From the NCBI RefSeq assembly GCF_006345805.1, contig NC_043010.1:32178001-32242000 (forward strand): 64,000 bases of DNA, written 5' to 3'. Shown here one piece after another: positions 13,131 through 26,987 of the stretch. The stretch comes from Octopus sinensis. Lineage: Eukaryota. Every line of letters begins with the position of its first letter. Position 1 is the first letter of the stretch. A model generated the notes under the pieces. The model had not been told where the DNA came from, made no database searches, and was given only the letters and a program-made list of their open reading frames with translations. The position numbers and the translations under genes were made by a program.

Positions 13131-14337
13131 ACAACTATAATTTACATTTGATTTTCATTTTGATGTTGATGTACTTGACTCAATATGTGCTTTCTGAAAA
13201 TTGCTGTGCTACAAATTTTGATGTTATTGTCATTTCTCCTGGTAATTAATCTGCCATTGCTTCATGCCTTTGTGTGAAATAAGAGATCCCTTGCTTGTAA
13301 AACAGGAAGGGCATCCAAGTATAAAACAATGCCTCAATAACATGTTCGTCAAACTCATTCTTTCATAGAAAAACTGACATGGAAACAATGTATACATATG
13401 TGTGTGTATATGTATGTATGTGTGATTGACTTGATTGTTATCAATTTCCATGTAGTTCTTCAACCCTTCAGTAAAACATACCATTACATTAACCATATAT
13501 TTCTTGATACGATCCTTCTGTCATACCACTTACTCCACCATCAAATTCTCTAACAATCAACAAATTTATCAAAAATATTTTGTTTATTCCAGTCATTGAT
13601 TCATCTGTTTTTTTCCAGTGTCACTGTTTGATTGTGTTGGTAGTGCTTTGAATTAGAATACCATTGCCATCATCATTGATGACATTATCAGTATCATCAG
13701 CAGTAGCATCATTATCATCACCTTCAACAGTATCAGTGCAATCATTCTTACATCTGTCACTATCACCATTGACTGTAATAGCATTGTTAGCATATCTGAC
13801 TGTCTCTTCTTCCACTTCACCTGTTTCCTTCATCTCTCAATTCCTCTTCTATCTCTACTTCCTCATCAGTCACATCTTGATCATTACCATCACCAATACT
13901 GACAGTCATTATTGCTTTCATTACTTTATCGCCAAAGCTATCCATATTGGCATCCAGCCAGTGGCACATTATGGGTTGTGAAATTGTGGTATAGCACAGA
14001 TAGTGGTATGGTGGTGTTGTGAATATTGTAATACAATCATATAGTATGGGCAGTGGTATACTGGTGTATTAAACACTATGATAATGTGTTGCAGACAATG
14101 AAACCTAGTGTACAAAACATTCTATAAACTGATCATGTGTTACTTTCCTTTTTCACTCTCCTTCCATACTTCATCGTTAATCTTTGTGGCTACACTAATA
14201 ATATCTAATTATTTAATTTTCTAAGTTTTCCAAGTTTACTAAGTGTAATGTTCTGTGACATTGATTTGCTATATGTTTCCCTTATTTCTTGATGCTTTAT
14301 TTTCAACCAACTTTGCTATATATTATTCTACTAATAT

Positions 14338-14960
14338 TGCTATATACACTCTACCAACACTGGTATATACAGTCTTCTAACATAATTATATACACTCTAT
14401 CAACACTGATATGTATTCACCCATTACAAGTATATAGACTGTACCAACATGAGTATAAACACTCTAACGACACTGGTGTATACAATCTACCAAGACTAGT
14501 ATATACATTACAAATACTGATGTAAACAGTTTACCAGCATTATCATATTGACTCTACCAATGCTGGTATATACAGTTTAACAACAGTGATATGTGCACTC
14601 TAACAAGACTGATATATACTCTCTACCAACACACTCTAACAACATTAATATATACTCAGTCTACCAACATTGGTTTACACACTCTCTATTAATACTGATA
14701 TACACAGACAGCTATTGATATATATATATATACTCTACCAACACTGATATATGTAGTCTGTCAACATTATTATATGCACTCTATTACCAGTAATATGTGT
14801 AATCTTCCAACACTAGTATATACACTCTTCTGACACTGTTATATATAGTTTACCAATATTATTACTTACACTCTAGCAACACTGGTATGTGCACTCTTGC
14901 AACATTGTTATATACCTTCTATTAACACTATTGAATACATGCTTCTAACACTCTACCACC
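14338..14960. repeat. Degenerate 23-bp minisatellite, consensus ~TATATACACTCTACCAACACTGG
   Basis: The unit recurs with ~23-bp period over ~620 bp (roughly 25 or more diverged copies). Confidence 0.85.
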
Positions 14961-15028
14961 CCAGCTGCATGTATTCTGAATACTTTATAACAGCTTATTA
15001 ACACTTCTTCACATTGTAATCTATCGTA

Positions 15029-15813
15029 TGAGAAAGTAACTAGAAACGTTCTCTGTGGGACAACCCTATTGTACTTTAGGCTTCCACCACTAGAAGCCAC
15101 TTGATGCAACCCTCAGGCATCAGTCTGCTGACTGGCATTAATGGTGAAGTTGGACTGCCACATGGTGCATCTTTGTTTTGCAGTGCTTCTCCCATGTTTG
15201 TCGATTTTTGCGAGCGTACTTCCATGATATTCTGTTTTCTGCTGGGGAAAACAGTGGCCAAAACAGTTGTCATGATTCAAACAGCTTACAAAGATGCTGC
15301 CATGAGCAAAGCACAAAATTATAAATGGTTTCCATGCTTTAGAAATGGTTACTTGTCTCTTGAAGATCAAACTTGTTCTGGACAACTGTTGACCTCCCAA
15401 ACGAATGAAAACATCATGAAAATTCATGAACTGATCAAGGAATTGTGAATGAAAAGTGTTGGAGGAAATTTGTGCCTCACTTGCTCACAGAAGATCTAAA
15501 GCAGTCACAACTGAATGCATGTTGTGAACTGAAAGAACAGTTGGAAATTGATCCTGACCTTTTTCCAAATGTTATCACTGGTGTCAAAAGCTGGTGCTAC
15601 GGAATTCGCAGATGTGGAAGAGGTGAAGAAAAAAATGATGGAAACATTAAAAGGCATCACTTTGCAAGAGTTTCAGTACTACTTCAAGCAGTGGAAAATG
15701 CATCTGGACTTATACATTGGAGAATACCTTGAAGGCAATAAAAGTGTAAACATGTAAAACTAAGTGAATAAAATAATATTGAAAAATTCTGGTTCCTTTT
15801 GGGAACCCCCTTG
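15029..15813 (+). mobile_element. Internally deleted mariner element
   Basis: Fragments FCFLLGKT..KWF..FRNG..LEDQ..SG, KFVPHLLTE..VITGVKSWCYG are joined directly to the C-terminal FADVEEVKKK..GEYLEG. The right TIR ends ..ttttgggaacccccttg|TA; the left TIR is partly decayed. Confidence 0.85.
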
Positions 15814-15989
15814 TATATTGTTCAGTTTCCTGGTGTGACTCTTAATTTCTTTCAATTTATTTATGATCCAATGAAAGAACACTACTAACTTTCTCATATT
15901 ATTATTGGTATCATCGTACTCAAGAAGACCTACTGACCACAGCAGAATTAATATCTAAAGCCAAGGTGCAACATAAAAGCATTGGAGTG

Positions 15990-16195
15990 GGTGTTAGTGC
16001 CATGTAAAAAGTACTTATGTTGGTGCCACATAAAAAGTATCCAGTGCACTGAGTAAAGTGGTTGGTGTTAAGAAGGTTATCCTGCTGTAGAAACCAAGCC
16101 AAAGCAGATCTGGTGCAGCCCCCAGGCTTGCCAGTTCTTGCCAAGCTGTCCAACCCATAAAATGAATGTTAAATGTTGATAATGATAATGATGAC
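15990..16195 (+). mobile_element. RTE 3'UTR / RTE-tailed SINE fragment
   Basis: ggtgccacataaaaagtatccagt...gtaaagtggttggtgttaagaagg...aaaccaagccaaagcaga...gttaaatgttgataatgat; nearly the same as 45830-46010. Confidence 0.7.
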
Positions 16196-17552
16196 TCTGC
16201 CACTGCCACTGGTGATGATGTTAGGGTTGCTGTTGTCCTTAGCATTTTCAAGTGTAATTTTTCTTTAGAAATTTGAAAAAATGATCTATAATTCTTTGAA
16301 GTAAGCTTACCCTTGATATCCAGGTGTATACAAAACAAAGAAGATCTGGTTTTATAGTTATTTTCCTAGTCATTTCCACACCTAACAATTCTACTTTTAA
16401 AATGGCCACTGAACACATCTACAGTACTTGATAAAACATTCCAATAACAGAGGGAATAAAACACAGCACAAAAACAAAGTATATGACTGGATGTACAGAA
16501 AAAAGTAAAGACATGAACATTTAATAAAAATAACAAGTATGTCAAGACATCCTCTCAACCAAGAAAAGAAACAGTTATTGGCACTATCTGCTGTACTTTC
16601 CACATGAAAAACTTAGACAAAATACAGGCTGAAATTGTTATACATATCTGTGACTATACATTTTTGCCCCTGTACATGAGGCAAAGATATACAAGTGTGA
16701 TGATAAAAGATATTGGATATGATGTAGATCCATGGCTAAGTATTAACATTGTATTGCAGTGTGGGTGAGTTGCAAGAGCCAATGGAAAGTAACATGAGGC
16801 CAGGGTGCCTTAAAATAGATTTACCAGCCTTAACGACCCCACAAAGCCAGAAAGCCATTGTAAAACTGTACCCAAATGAGGGAACTGAGACATGAGCCAT
16901 GATATTAATGCTACAGGACAAAAAGTATTGTTGATACATTTGTCATTTTAAGAATCATTTCAGAACCCCTTGCCCCAAAGAACTAGAAAGACACGTAAGA
17001 AACACAGAAACAAAAGTAATGAAGGCTAACAGAAACATTAACAATAGTAAGAAGCCCCAGCTTCTGGAGCACCCTCAATCAAAACTCTGAAAAAAGCAGT
17101 AAAAAATAATTTTATTCGCAATCCTGGAAAGAAGTGAGTAATGATTCTATTGTCTAACAACAGAAACTAGTAACACCATCCTAACATCTTGTGATGAGGA
17201 AGAAATACTAGGCTCACATGTTGAATTGGTAAAATAAGAACTTTTCTGGAGAGTTTCCAGTGACTAGTTCAAATGCATATACAAAAGTAAGAAGACCGTG
17301 ATCATGAGGGCCAATCTGGGGATTAATTATTTAGACTTGCTGAACTGTAGGAGTAATGTTTGTTGGTGACAAGTAATGTTGCTATCTGTGTGACTGGATC
17401 TTGTAATATGGGTAAATTCACAGTACCATAAACATAGATATATCCAAAGAAGTTGGTTGATAAAATAAAGTGACTGTTTCTTTCTTGAAAGTTAAGGTCT
17501 TTCAAATGCCGACAAGCAAAACGAAAATCAACATCATCATCATCATCCTGCA

Positions 17553-17760
17553 AGCTGACAGCACTGTTTTTGCATTTGACAAAATGCTTAGCAATATTTC
17601 CTCCAGCTTTATTGTTCTGAGTTCAAATACCACCAATATTTTGCCTTTTGTCCTTTTGGGGGGCAATGAAATGAGTACAAGTTAAGCACTGATGTAGATG
17701 TAATCAACTTGTCTCCTCCCTAAGAAATTTTTCAGGCTTTGTGCCTAGAGTAGAAAGGGT
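17553..17760 (+). mobile_element. Degenerate tRNA-derived SINE (family A)
   Basis: aaatgcttagcaatatttc...ttctgagttcaaatac...gtgcctagagtagaaaggg; homologous to 42876-43072. Confidence 0.7.
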
Positions 17761-17829
17761 TATTATTATTGTTGCTGTTAACATTATTCACAGTGTGCAC
17801 AAATGTTTTACATTCGCAATCAATGTCCT

Positions 17830-19790
17830 TAATACAGGGTCACTACCAGTTTCCTTAGATATTGAGGTCTTTTCTTACAATCCTTACTGTTCCCAATAGA
17901 GCAGATTTCTGAGTTAATGCTACTCTCATAGTTACACAACTTTCAATCAAGAAACTGTTTAGTCTGTTAGTGACAATACCTAGGGCACCTAAAACAACTG
18001 GGATTACTTTTGTAGAAACCTCCTACACTCTTCACATTTCCTTAACCAAATCCTGGTATTTTCTTATTTCCTTCTAACTATGAGTGCTACATTCATATTC
18101 ACAGACATAGCCACATCTATAACGATGCACTCTTTTTTCCCCCTTGTCCAGAATGATAATATCTGGCATCTTGCATGAAGTTTGTGATTAAGTCTGTACA
18201 TTAAAATTCCATAAAACTCTATGCTAGCCATTCTCTGTTACACTATCTGGTTAATGTTGGTACCATTTTCTTCCTACTTTAAATCCTATTTGCTGTAACG
18301 TGTCCTAGTATAAGTGTATTGGCCAAACAATTGAGTCTGCACCTGTTTTCTTCTGGCTAAAGGACTCCATAATGGATTCCTCCTTCTCATTACATACTCT
18401 GCACTTCGCACTTTTCACAGAATGTCTGTTTTTGCCTTAATGATATTTGTTCCAATGACTGGCTTTGAGCAGCCATTATGAGTCCTGTTTCTGAAGTTCT
18501 CCTTTCTTCACTCATAACCAAGACTCATCTGCTGCAATGTCCTGAGTTTGTCTGAGATGCTAACCATGTAGTTCATTTCCCCAGATATTTCTTTCTTGCT
18601 CTTGTTTTCTTTTTGTATTCCATTGCAGTCTATGCAGCTTCTTTCTCCTCTCTTCTGGCAGCTGAAATCAGTCTTTCTAAGTTGCTTCTCACATTCTCTT
18701 CTATGTGACATTTTGCCATTCCTACACATTCTTCTGTTGATATCACTCCTTTTCCCCCTCCTTCCATTGTATAACAAAGAACACTGTCTCTGGTTTTACG
18801 ATTTGCCTCTTAATTCTTCCTCAGTCCATTTAAGGAAAGCTGCAGAATATCATATTAGAGACACCTCCTATGTGTTTGCTGCAGAGATGTTTTCCCTCCT
18901 TACAGTTTTGAGGTATTCATTTCTCACTTCTTTCATTTCTTGACAGAGACTTCTCTCTACTTCCAACACACTTAGGCACTTGTAACTGTCACTCTCATTT
19001 ATTGTTTGAATTGATGTCTAATCTTGGAGTTTAATCTCTTCTGATTCAGATATTTTTCTTCTCATTACTAGCACCACACATTTATCTATTTAAGACTCCA
19101 TACTAATGTCATCATTCACAACTATAACAGTCTGGACTAATGAAACTAAAGCCTCTTCACTTTTGGCAAATAATTTCAAGTCATCCATAAACAGGAGGTG
19201 GTTTATTTTCTATGGCATTATTTAGCCCTTCTCAAGGTCCAAGTAAGAGGGATAAGAGCAACCACAAATAGCAGTGGTGAGAGTGTATCCCCTAGGGATA
19301 TTTCCCTACTTGTGCTGACTTCACCTAACTAATCTTGACCTTGTGTTAGTATAGTTCTCCATTTTGGCAAACTGTTTTGCAAAAGCTGGACAACATTCCC
19401 AGCCAAATATATTGAGGCATTGTGCCTTTTAGTAATCAACCCATACAGTTGCTAAGTGTTTCTCCTGTCATTTGTCCCTAGAACCTTTCCTATATCCTTT
19501 CTATTCTTCTGGTAGTAGATCTCCCTCCTCATGATACTTGTTATTTCCTTTGAAATAACACCTCTGAGCAAATTCCACATCAGTGAAAGGCAAGTTACTA
19601 GTCAGTAGTTGCTTAGAATATTTCTTTTATTTTGATCTTTCAATATCAACACTGTCCTACCTTTTGTTATCCTTCAGAAACATTTGTCTCAATACAACTA
19701 TTTAGTTGTGTGCTCATTTTATCATGAAGCGCAGTGAAATGTTTTAGCAAAAATCCCTGAACCAAATCTGGTTCAGGGGTCTACCAATTT
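17830..19790 (-). pseudogene. R4/Dong-clade LINE remnant (RT to RLE C-terminus)
   Basis: Minus-strand motifs appear in the expected order: PDLVQGF, LLPEE*KG, ATVWVDY*KA, GDTLSPLLFVVAL, KINHLLFMDDLKLFA (~19165-19210), and C-terminal TQKSALLGTVRIVRK. Many stops and frameshifts. Confidence 0.9.
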
Positions 19791-19794
19791 TGGT

Positions 19795-20000
19795 AAGCTG
19801 ACAGAATTGTTAGCATGTTGGGTATAATATGATTAGTGACATTTTATCTGTCTTTATGTTCTGAGTTCAAATTCTGCTATAGTTGACTTTGGCTTTCATC
19901 CTTTCAGGGTTGATAAAATAAGTACTAGTCAAGAACTGGAGTCAATATAATTGACTTAACCCATCTTCCAAAATTGTTGGTTGTGTGCCAAAATTTGAAA
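19795..20000 (+). mobile_element. tRNA-derived SINE (family A), degenerate
   Basis: agctgacagaattgttagcatg...ttctgagttcaaattctgc...tttcatcctttcagggttgataaaataagtac. Confidence 0.75.
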
Positions 20001-21649
20001 CCATTTTATATCAAGATAAACAGTGTATGACCTTTCAGGTGGGGCCCAGTTAGAATTTTCTTTTTTCTTCAGCTTAAGTAGCCCATCCCGCTCGAAAGGT
20101 CCCTGAATAAGGATTGTTTAAGGATATTGAACAAAACACCCATGTTTCCAGAGGTGAATTATTCAAACTCCAAATAATTCGTATCGACACATGGTTATGA
20201 TGCTTCCCCACTACTTCTGCTCATGATCAGAGATGAACATATCATCAGCCACTAAGGGACATGCTCAACTGGTTAAGGTCAAACAACTGACAAGCAAATC
20301 AGTGGTATGGAGCTGAATATTTGCTGTATTCCATTTTTATACCAACACAAAACATATACATGATAACACTTCCAATGAGTTAAGATCAGAAGCCATGAGA
20401 GCCACTGTCCGGTACTGCATCAGGGCATTTATTATTATTATTATCATTATTATTATTGAGTGAGAGAGCAATGCATGCCATCAAAGTGACACTGGGGTAC
20501 AAATATATGAAGCCATATATATTCATCATGCCTACTTGTCTCATAAGGGTATATCATCATCATTCATGCTTTGCTTTGGTAATCTGATATTTCGTTTTTG
20601 ACACCAAAACAAAGAATTGTATTTATCTCCAAAATTATCTATAGGTTACGGCATCAAAATGGAAAGTTATTAGAGTGTTGAATATAATGTATTATGGTAT
20701 TTGTTCTGATACCCTGTACTGTGAATGCAAATCCTTCAACATCAACTTTGCTTTTCATCCTTTCAGGATTGATAAAAAAAACACAAAAAACTAAAGCACC
20801 AATGGGTTGGATTGGCAGAACTATCAGAAGATCAAACAAGATATCCTGTAGTATCTCCTGTGCCTCTTTATATTTTAGCAGCAACACCTGCCTGCAATGA
20901 TACTGATGCTAAGGTGTATTAGACCAAAGTGGTGGCCTGTTCCTTGATTAAACATTTGTGTCATGGACAGGAGAGATTTATTTGAATGGTCAACTGTCAT
21001 TTTTCTTCAAAAAGCCTTTTACTAACCTGAAGATATATGATCAGTCTCCCTTAACACATGTTTATTGTTATATTCAAATACTTTATAGGAATGTGTTAAC
21101 AATATTTGCAAACAAAACATTGCTATTTTCTGTGCCAGTTCTTCTAGATAACCTGGAAATGTCATCATGGATGCGGTAGTGCATGATTGTATTTTATATC
21201 ATGTTGAAATAAAATGTTGAGCCTTAAGTATTTTGATACCACCTCACCTGAGACCATCCAAGTCTCAGGTGAGGTGTCATTATTAAACTGTTTATATTCA
21301 AATTAAAACTTTGCATCAATTTGATGCCGGAACTTTTCATTAAATCGTTACAAACACCAGCTGGTAGTATCAATAAATGAAAAAGTTAGCTGTTTTACAG
21401 AATTCCACCAAAGATTAGATTACTTTAAAAATAAATTGAAACATATGGCCATCATATTTCATTGATAGATATAAAAATACGAAACAGTTAGCTGTCACAT
21501 TGTCTTCAGCAGCTGAGTGAGTGTCACTCCTTAACTTCATAATTTGCTTTTTCTTCATATTGCAGTCATTTATTGTTGCTATGTATATTATCAAATTTAT
21601 TCTTATAATTCTTTCTTCTTCTCATCCTTCAGTAAAATTTCATCTTTAT

Positions 21650-22100
21650 TTTGTGTTTTTTTCTACCCAACCAAAATCAACTCATTGCAGTGTTTTGTAT
21701 TTGTTTTTGTCTTATATTCTATAGAATATATTCTGTGGAACATGAGTGCAGTGTCTTATGCTATTTTTTCTCCATGTTGTATAAAGACTTGAGTTCGTGT
21801 AATGGGGTGGAGTTATATATTTGTTGGTATCATTTTTTAATCATCCCAAAGGTATCTGTTGCTATGGCAATTGTTTCTGTTTTCAGTCCCTACATTTCAG
21901 TTATCTTTATTTCTTATTATTTATATTTTGACAGTTTCTCTCTTCTAGAAAAATATTGTCATTTGTTAAAACTGACACATGGATTAGGAGGTATTTGTTT
22001 TCCTTACAATCTTTGACAATGTTATTTAACCAATTTCCCTCAATGTTCCTGGTATGTCCCTGAATATGGTTCTGTGCTTTTCTTGGGAACTTTCTGGTGT
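21650..22100 (-). mobile_element. Old R4/Dong LINE 3' fragment
   Basis: Minus strand reads EIKITEM*GLKTETIAIATDTFGMIKK, matching the RLE-domain EIxxxRMWxLKTETIPIIVGALGMIKK motif. Confidence 0.6.
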
Positions 22101-22217
22101 ATGTTTATACCAGCACTTTTCTGTTTGTCTTTCTTAATACTAGCATAATCCTCTGTCTAGGAAACCTTAAAATCTGTTACACACACACACACACACACAC
22201 ATACACACACACACACA

Positions 22218-22253
<36 letters not shown>

Positions 22254-22256
<3 letters not shown>

Positions 22257-23463
22257 CATGAATAATGTGGTTTTTTCAATTGCATAAACTAAAAGTCAGA
22301 GGGGGACAGGATAAACCACCTGCATCAACTTGCTATAAAAGCAGGTAGAAATTTTACATTGTGCTCATTCTTAGAGCAAGTTTTGAAGAGTGCAGTTCAA
22401 TTTTAACAGTTATTTTTCCAAAGGAAGTGACAAAGAAGCATATTTGGCATATTTTGCTTTATGCAAAATGCAATGGAAAGTGCAAGGAATAGTATTGCAG
22501 TATATGGGGATTGGACAATAAATGTAAGTCAGTGTCAACAGTGGTTCCAGAAATTCTGAGCCAGAAACTACAGCCTAGAAGAAAAGCCTCGTCCTGGAAG
22601 ATCTCATCCTGCAAACCCTGGTGGAACAAAATCCCATTGTAATTGTTGAATAACTAGCAGAGAAGCTTGGATTTGAACATTCAACTATTCATCGACACCT
22701 GTGTGCCGTCAGAAAAGTTAGCAAATTGGGTCAATGGGTTCCTCACAAACTTTCCGAGCCTAATCTCACACTGAGTGTGAATGTGTGCTCTTCTTTGCTG
22801 TCACATCTCACGAATAAACCTTTTTTGGAGCCAATAATGACTGGTTTAAAAATGTGAAGTGCTAAAGATGATGGGTAGGGAAAGGAGAAACACTGGCACC
22901 CCAGGCTAAAGATGGTTTTCACCCATGTAAAGTGTTGTTATTTGTTTGGTGGGATATGAAAGGTTTAGTCTACTTTAAACTTTTAAACCAAAACCAAATG
23001 ATAACAAAGAAGATCTACTGCTAGCAGCTTAAGTCAGCTCTAGAAGGAAAATGATCATCTTTGGTTTCAAGACAAAAGGTGTTCTTCCATCAGGATAAAG
23101 CTCAGCCACATACAGTGAGGATACCATTTGAAAGGCTGGAGCAGTTTGAATGGGAAACGATGCCCCACTCACCATATTCACTGGACATTGCCCCATCTGA
23201 TTATCATTTATTCTGTAGTCTTCAAAATCATTTGAGCAGAAAAAATATGAATTCTGTAGACGAGGTTAGAAGAGTACTGGAAGAATATTTTTCATCAGGG
23301 ACAAGTGAATTTTAGAAGAGGGGCCTTGCAAGTCTACCAGATAGATGGAAGAGCTTTGTAGAAAATGGAGAGTATATTTTAGATTGAAAGAAAACTTTGT
23401 TTATCTTAATTTTGTAAAATAAAAGAAGTATAAAAAACCGCATTATTTATGGGATGACTTGAT
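22254..23463 (+). mobile_element. Near full-length mariner (DD34D), decayed
   Basis: TIR remnants catgaataatgtggttttt and aaaaaccgcattatttatgggatgac. The transposase remnant includes WVPHKL and HQDKAQPH...(34)...YSLDIAPSDYHLF. Flanked by (CA)n and (TA)n. Confidence 0.9.
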
Positions 23464-23478
23464 ATATTTATATACATA

Positions 23479-23553
<75 letters not shown>

Positions 23554-24031
23554 TAGTGAACAAAAAAGGAGAACAATTAATATTTTTTTTTTATGTCGGA
23601 AAAGCTAGTGAATGTATATATTTGTAATTGGTTTCGTAAACACGGTTAGCCATTACCTAAATTCTCTGAAAAATCTAAGTTTGTACAATGGTCTTAATAA
23701 AACTTAATAAGAACAATCACTAGTTTCGTCGAAATGTCTCATGAGCAAAATAAGAGAACAATTAGATTCCTTCAGAAATTTCTGGAAATTTCAAACACTG
23801 TTTACATTTGCAGACTCAATGATCGATTGCTTGGAAGTGACCGGGAGCTGGCATCCAGTGGGGTGGTCAGTGAAGTAGTCCTCTTCATTAGATGCAGGTG
23901 GAGTGTTGTGGAATAGTGCATATAACCTGATACAGTGCACAAAGCCATAAATATCAACACGAGTCTGAAATTTGTTACTGGATGGAGTGAGGGAAGGGTG
24001 TATATATATATAGATATATATATAGAGAGAG

Positions 24032-24082
<51 letters not shown>

Positions 24083-24474
24083 TATATGTATATATATATA
24101 TATTATATATATAGAGAGAGAGAGAGATATGTATATATATATATATATAGGATAGGCTTCTTTTATAAATGTTACATGAGCATATCTGTGTGTATGTGTG
24201 TAACTGATTATATAAATATAATTTATGATAAAAATTTAGTATCATTTTGATAAAAAATCTCATTACAGTTCACTTGCATCTAGTATCTCTAACTGTCAGT
24301 CATTCCCAATCTATTGGTTGTTTTTGTTTCTCTCATTTCCATTTCAAATGCAAACAGTTAACTGAACAACTAAGTAAGGACATTATTATAGCAAGAGAAT
24401 GGAAACACTGAGACAAAGGTAAAAAAATGAAGAGAATGACTCTAGCTCATGTTGAATGATTTATAGAAAGTATA

Positions 24475-24910
24475 AATAGCAACATATGGATGCGAGACCA
24501 GGACACTAAAGAAAGCTGATCAGAAGAGAATTAATGCATTCGAGCTTTGGTGTTGGAGAAGGCTTTTACGGATTCCATGGAAAGCGAGGCTCACCAATGG
24601 AGAAGTTCTCATGCAGATCAGGCCGAAAATGTCGCTAGAAGCTAGGATCACCAAGCATAGATTGGCATAATTCGGTCATATTATGCGGAGAAAATCCCTG
24701 GAGAAGGACATCATGCTCGGAATGGTCAGTGGCAAGAGAGGAAGAGGCCGACCAAGAACCCGCTGGTTTGACACCATCAAGAGTGATACCGGAATGGACA
24801 TAGCCAATCTGAAAGAAGCGGCCCAGGATAGAACTGACTGGAGGACACTGATCCAACAAGTAACCGAGAGTCGACTTTGACTGAGCGGATAGCTAGATAG
24901 ATAGATAGAT
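24475..24910 (+). mobile_element. 5'-truncated RTE LINE, BovB-like 3' end with (GATA)n tail
   Basis: YGCETRTLKKADQKRINAFELWCWRRLLRIPW...LA*FGHIMRRKSLEKDIMLGMVSGKRGRGRPRTRWFDTI...VTESRL*LSG; CpG-rich with few lesions. Confidence 0.9.
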
Positions 24911-25679
24911 AAATCTTATAAATGGGAGCAAATCCAACAGCTTCAAATGCTAAAGTGTTACTCACAAAAAAAAGGTATTTATAGACATATAGCATATTAT
25001 ATATATATATATGGATATTATTATCCATGTCTCTTTTACTCCATCATGTTGGATGTTAGCTATGAAAGGGCTTTTGTTGTCAATACCTTACAATGTCATT
25101 CTGCTGTCCATTCAGTTTAGTCTTCAGTTGTGTTGTTTTAACAATTCGTGTTACCATTTCTCCATTCTACTCACACCTGTTTCTTATCTCAGCTCCTCTT
25201 TTATATTTTTGCACCCGCCCCACCGAAAGAGAAAACAGTTTTATTTTTCTTGTAACTATGTCTATTAGTTTTTCTTTATTCTTTACTACATATGTTTATA
25301 GTCCAACCATAGATATGTTATAACTGCATTTTAGTTACAGAAAACACCTTTAACTGCTTTGAATACATATGTGTGTGTGCATGTGTGTGTGTGTGTGTGC
25401 ATGCGTGTGTGTGTGTGTGTGAGAGAGAGAAATTGATAAATATAATCTTACAGAATAGTTTTTTTGTATCTCAAATACAGTCGTTTTTCTTATTATTTTA
25501 AACTTGAATCTTGCTAATTCCCTTAGCTTCTAGCTGAGAGTAGAATATATCTCTAACTTATTGATGCAGCTCTAGAGTATTCCTGTCTATTACTTTATAT
25601 ATTTATGTATTTATTATTATTCTTATCATTATTTCCATTTCACTTCTCAGAGCTCTCAATTTTACTTGCTCTGGTTAAT

Positions 25680-26313
25680 TCTGTAAGAGCAGACAGCAAC
25701 ATGTTGCCAAAGGTCTCACAGGTCCCCATAATACTTAACACTCAAATATCAATATCAAAATTTTTGCATTCTTTTGAGTATGTTTGACTCTTATGTCAAT
25801 TCCAATTTTTCCACCAAATTTATCAAACCTGCCTGTTAATGCCTCCAGTGCCCCAACTATTGGGATGACAGTTATTCCTTTCATCACCCACATTAATGCT
25901 ATTTTGTACTTTTCAATTTTTTCCTTCTTGTGCATTCCCAGGTGTGGCTATATCTGTGATCTTGGTTTCTTCCTTTTGTCCACTACTACAAGGTGTGGTT
26001 TCCAAGAATCACTCATGGAGCCACACTGGATTGTAAAATCCCATAAGATCTTATACTCATTATTCTCAGTGACATTTTCTGATTCATGCTCATACCATTT
26101 CTGTATTCTTTCAAGACCATACTTCTCTAATGAGCAAACTGAGCTTCTTTTTGTATTCCTTTTGGGCAAGCTTGTTACACTCACTCACAATATGTGTGAT
26201 TGTTTCATTTTTTCTGCCACACATCCTACAAAGGGGTGATTCACTGCTCTTGTCTATTTTGAATTTGGTGTGATTAGTTCTCAGAGCTTGTTCTTGAGCA
26301 TTGCATATCAATG
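25680..26313 (-). pseudogene. R4/Dong LINE zinc knuckle + RLE endonuclease remnant
   Basis: ICNAQEQALRTN..CRMCGRKNETITHIVSEC (CCHC), KWYEHE..ILWDFTIQ..KPHLVVVDK, and KEKIEKYK..VIPIVGAL. Confidence 0.92.
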
Positions 26314-26987
26314 GAAGACTTAAAATAAGTAATCCTCAATCAAAATTACTTTTATTTAATAATATATATATATATACATACAACTCTTCCACTAAGTTCC
26401 ACAAAATATTTCATCCTCACCGCCATACTTATTTCTATGAGATTATCTGTTGCCATTCTCTCCCTCATAACTACCAAATGAGAGGTATCACTGACTTGAA
26501 TTTTGAAATGCCTTTTTGTCAAGTATCAATTTGTTAAAAAAGCTTTATTTATAACAGTATTAACAAATGGAATATTTTACCACGAAAGTTAAAAAACATT
26601 TTTGCGCTGTCAAATTTCAAAAAATTATTAAAAACCCACCTGCTGCTGAACCAAACACATTTATAAACTTTATTTTATAGACCTACAGCATTTATAACAT
26701 TTGTAATATTTTATATTTCCAAACTTAAAGAGATTTACTTTTTATATATGTTTTTGACTGCCTTGCTAAGGAAGTTTCTTTTTTTATAATTATTGATCTA
26801 TTTATTTTTTTATTTTTTGACCTCCTACCAAGTTGCCCAAATCAGCAAAGCTGCCAAAGGGCTTAATTTGATTATTTATGTAATTTCTGGAAAAAATTTT
26901 TGTAATCTTTACTTATTGTAATCTATAAAGAAAAATATTCAAAGTGAATTGGATTAATAATAATAATAATTATTATTTTAAAAAATT

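Noticed and set aside
14338-14960. CRISPR-like periodicity
   Set aside because: Contiguous degenerate units, no unique spacers, no cas genes, and a eukaryotic context.
20040-20540. GC-richer segments flanking an (ATT)n tract, probably LINE 3'UTR repeats
   Set aside because: No coding motif or second copy in the window to support a specific call.
23551-24000. CACT-starting segment between (TA)n tracts, possible Tc1 fragment
   Set aside because: No matching TIR or transposase motif; family not assignable.
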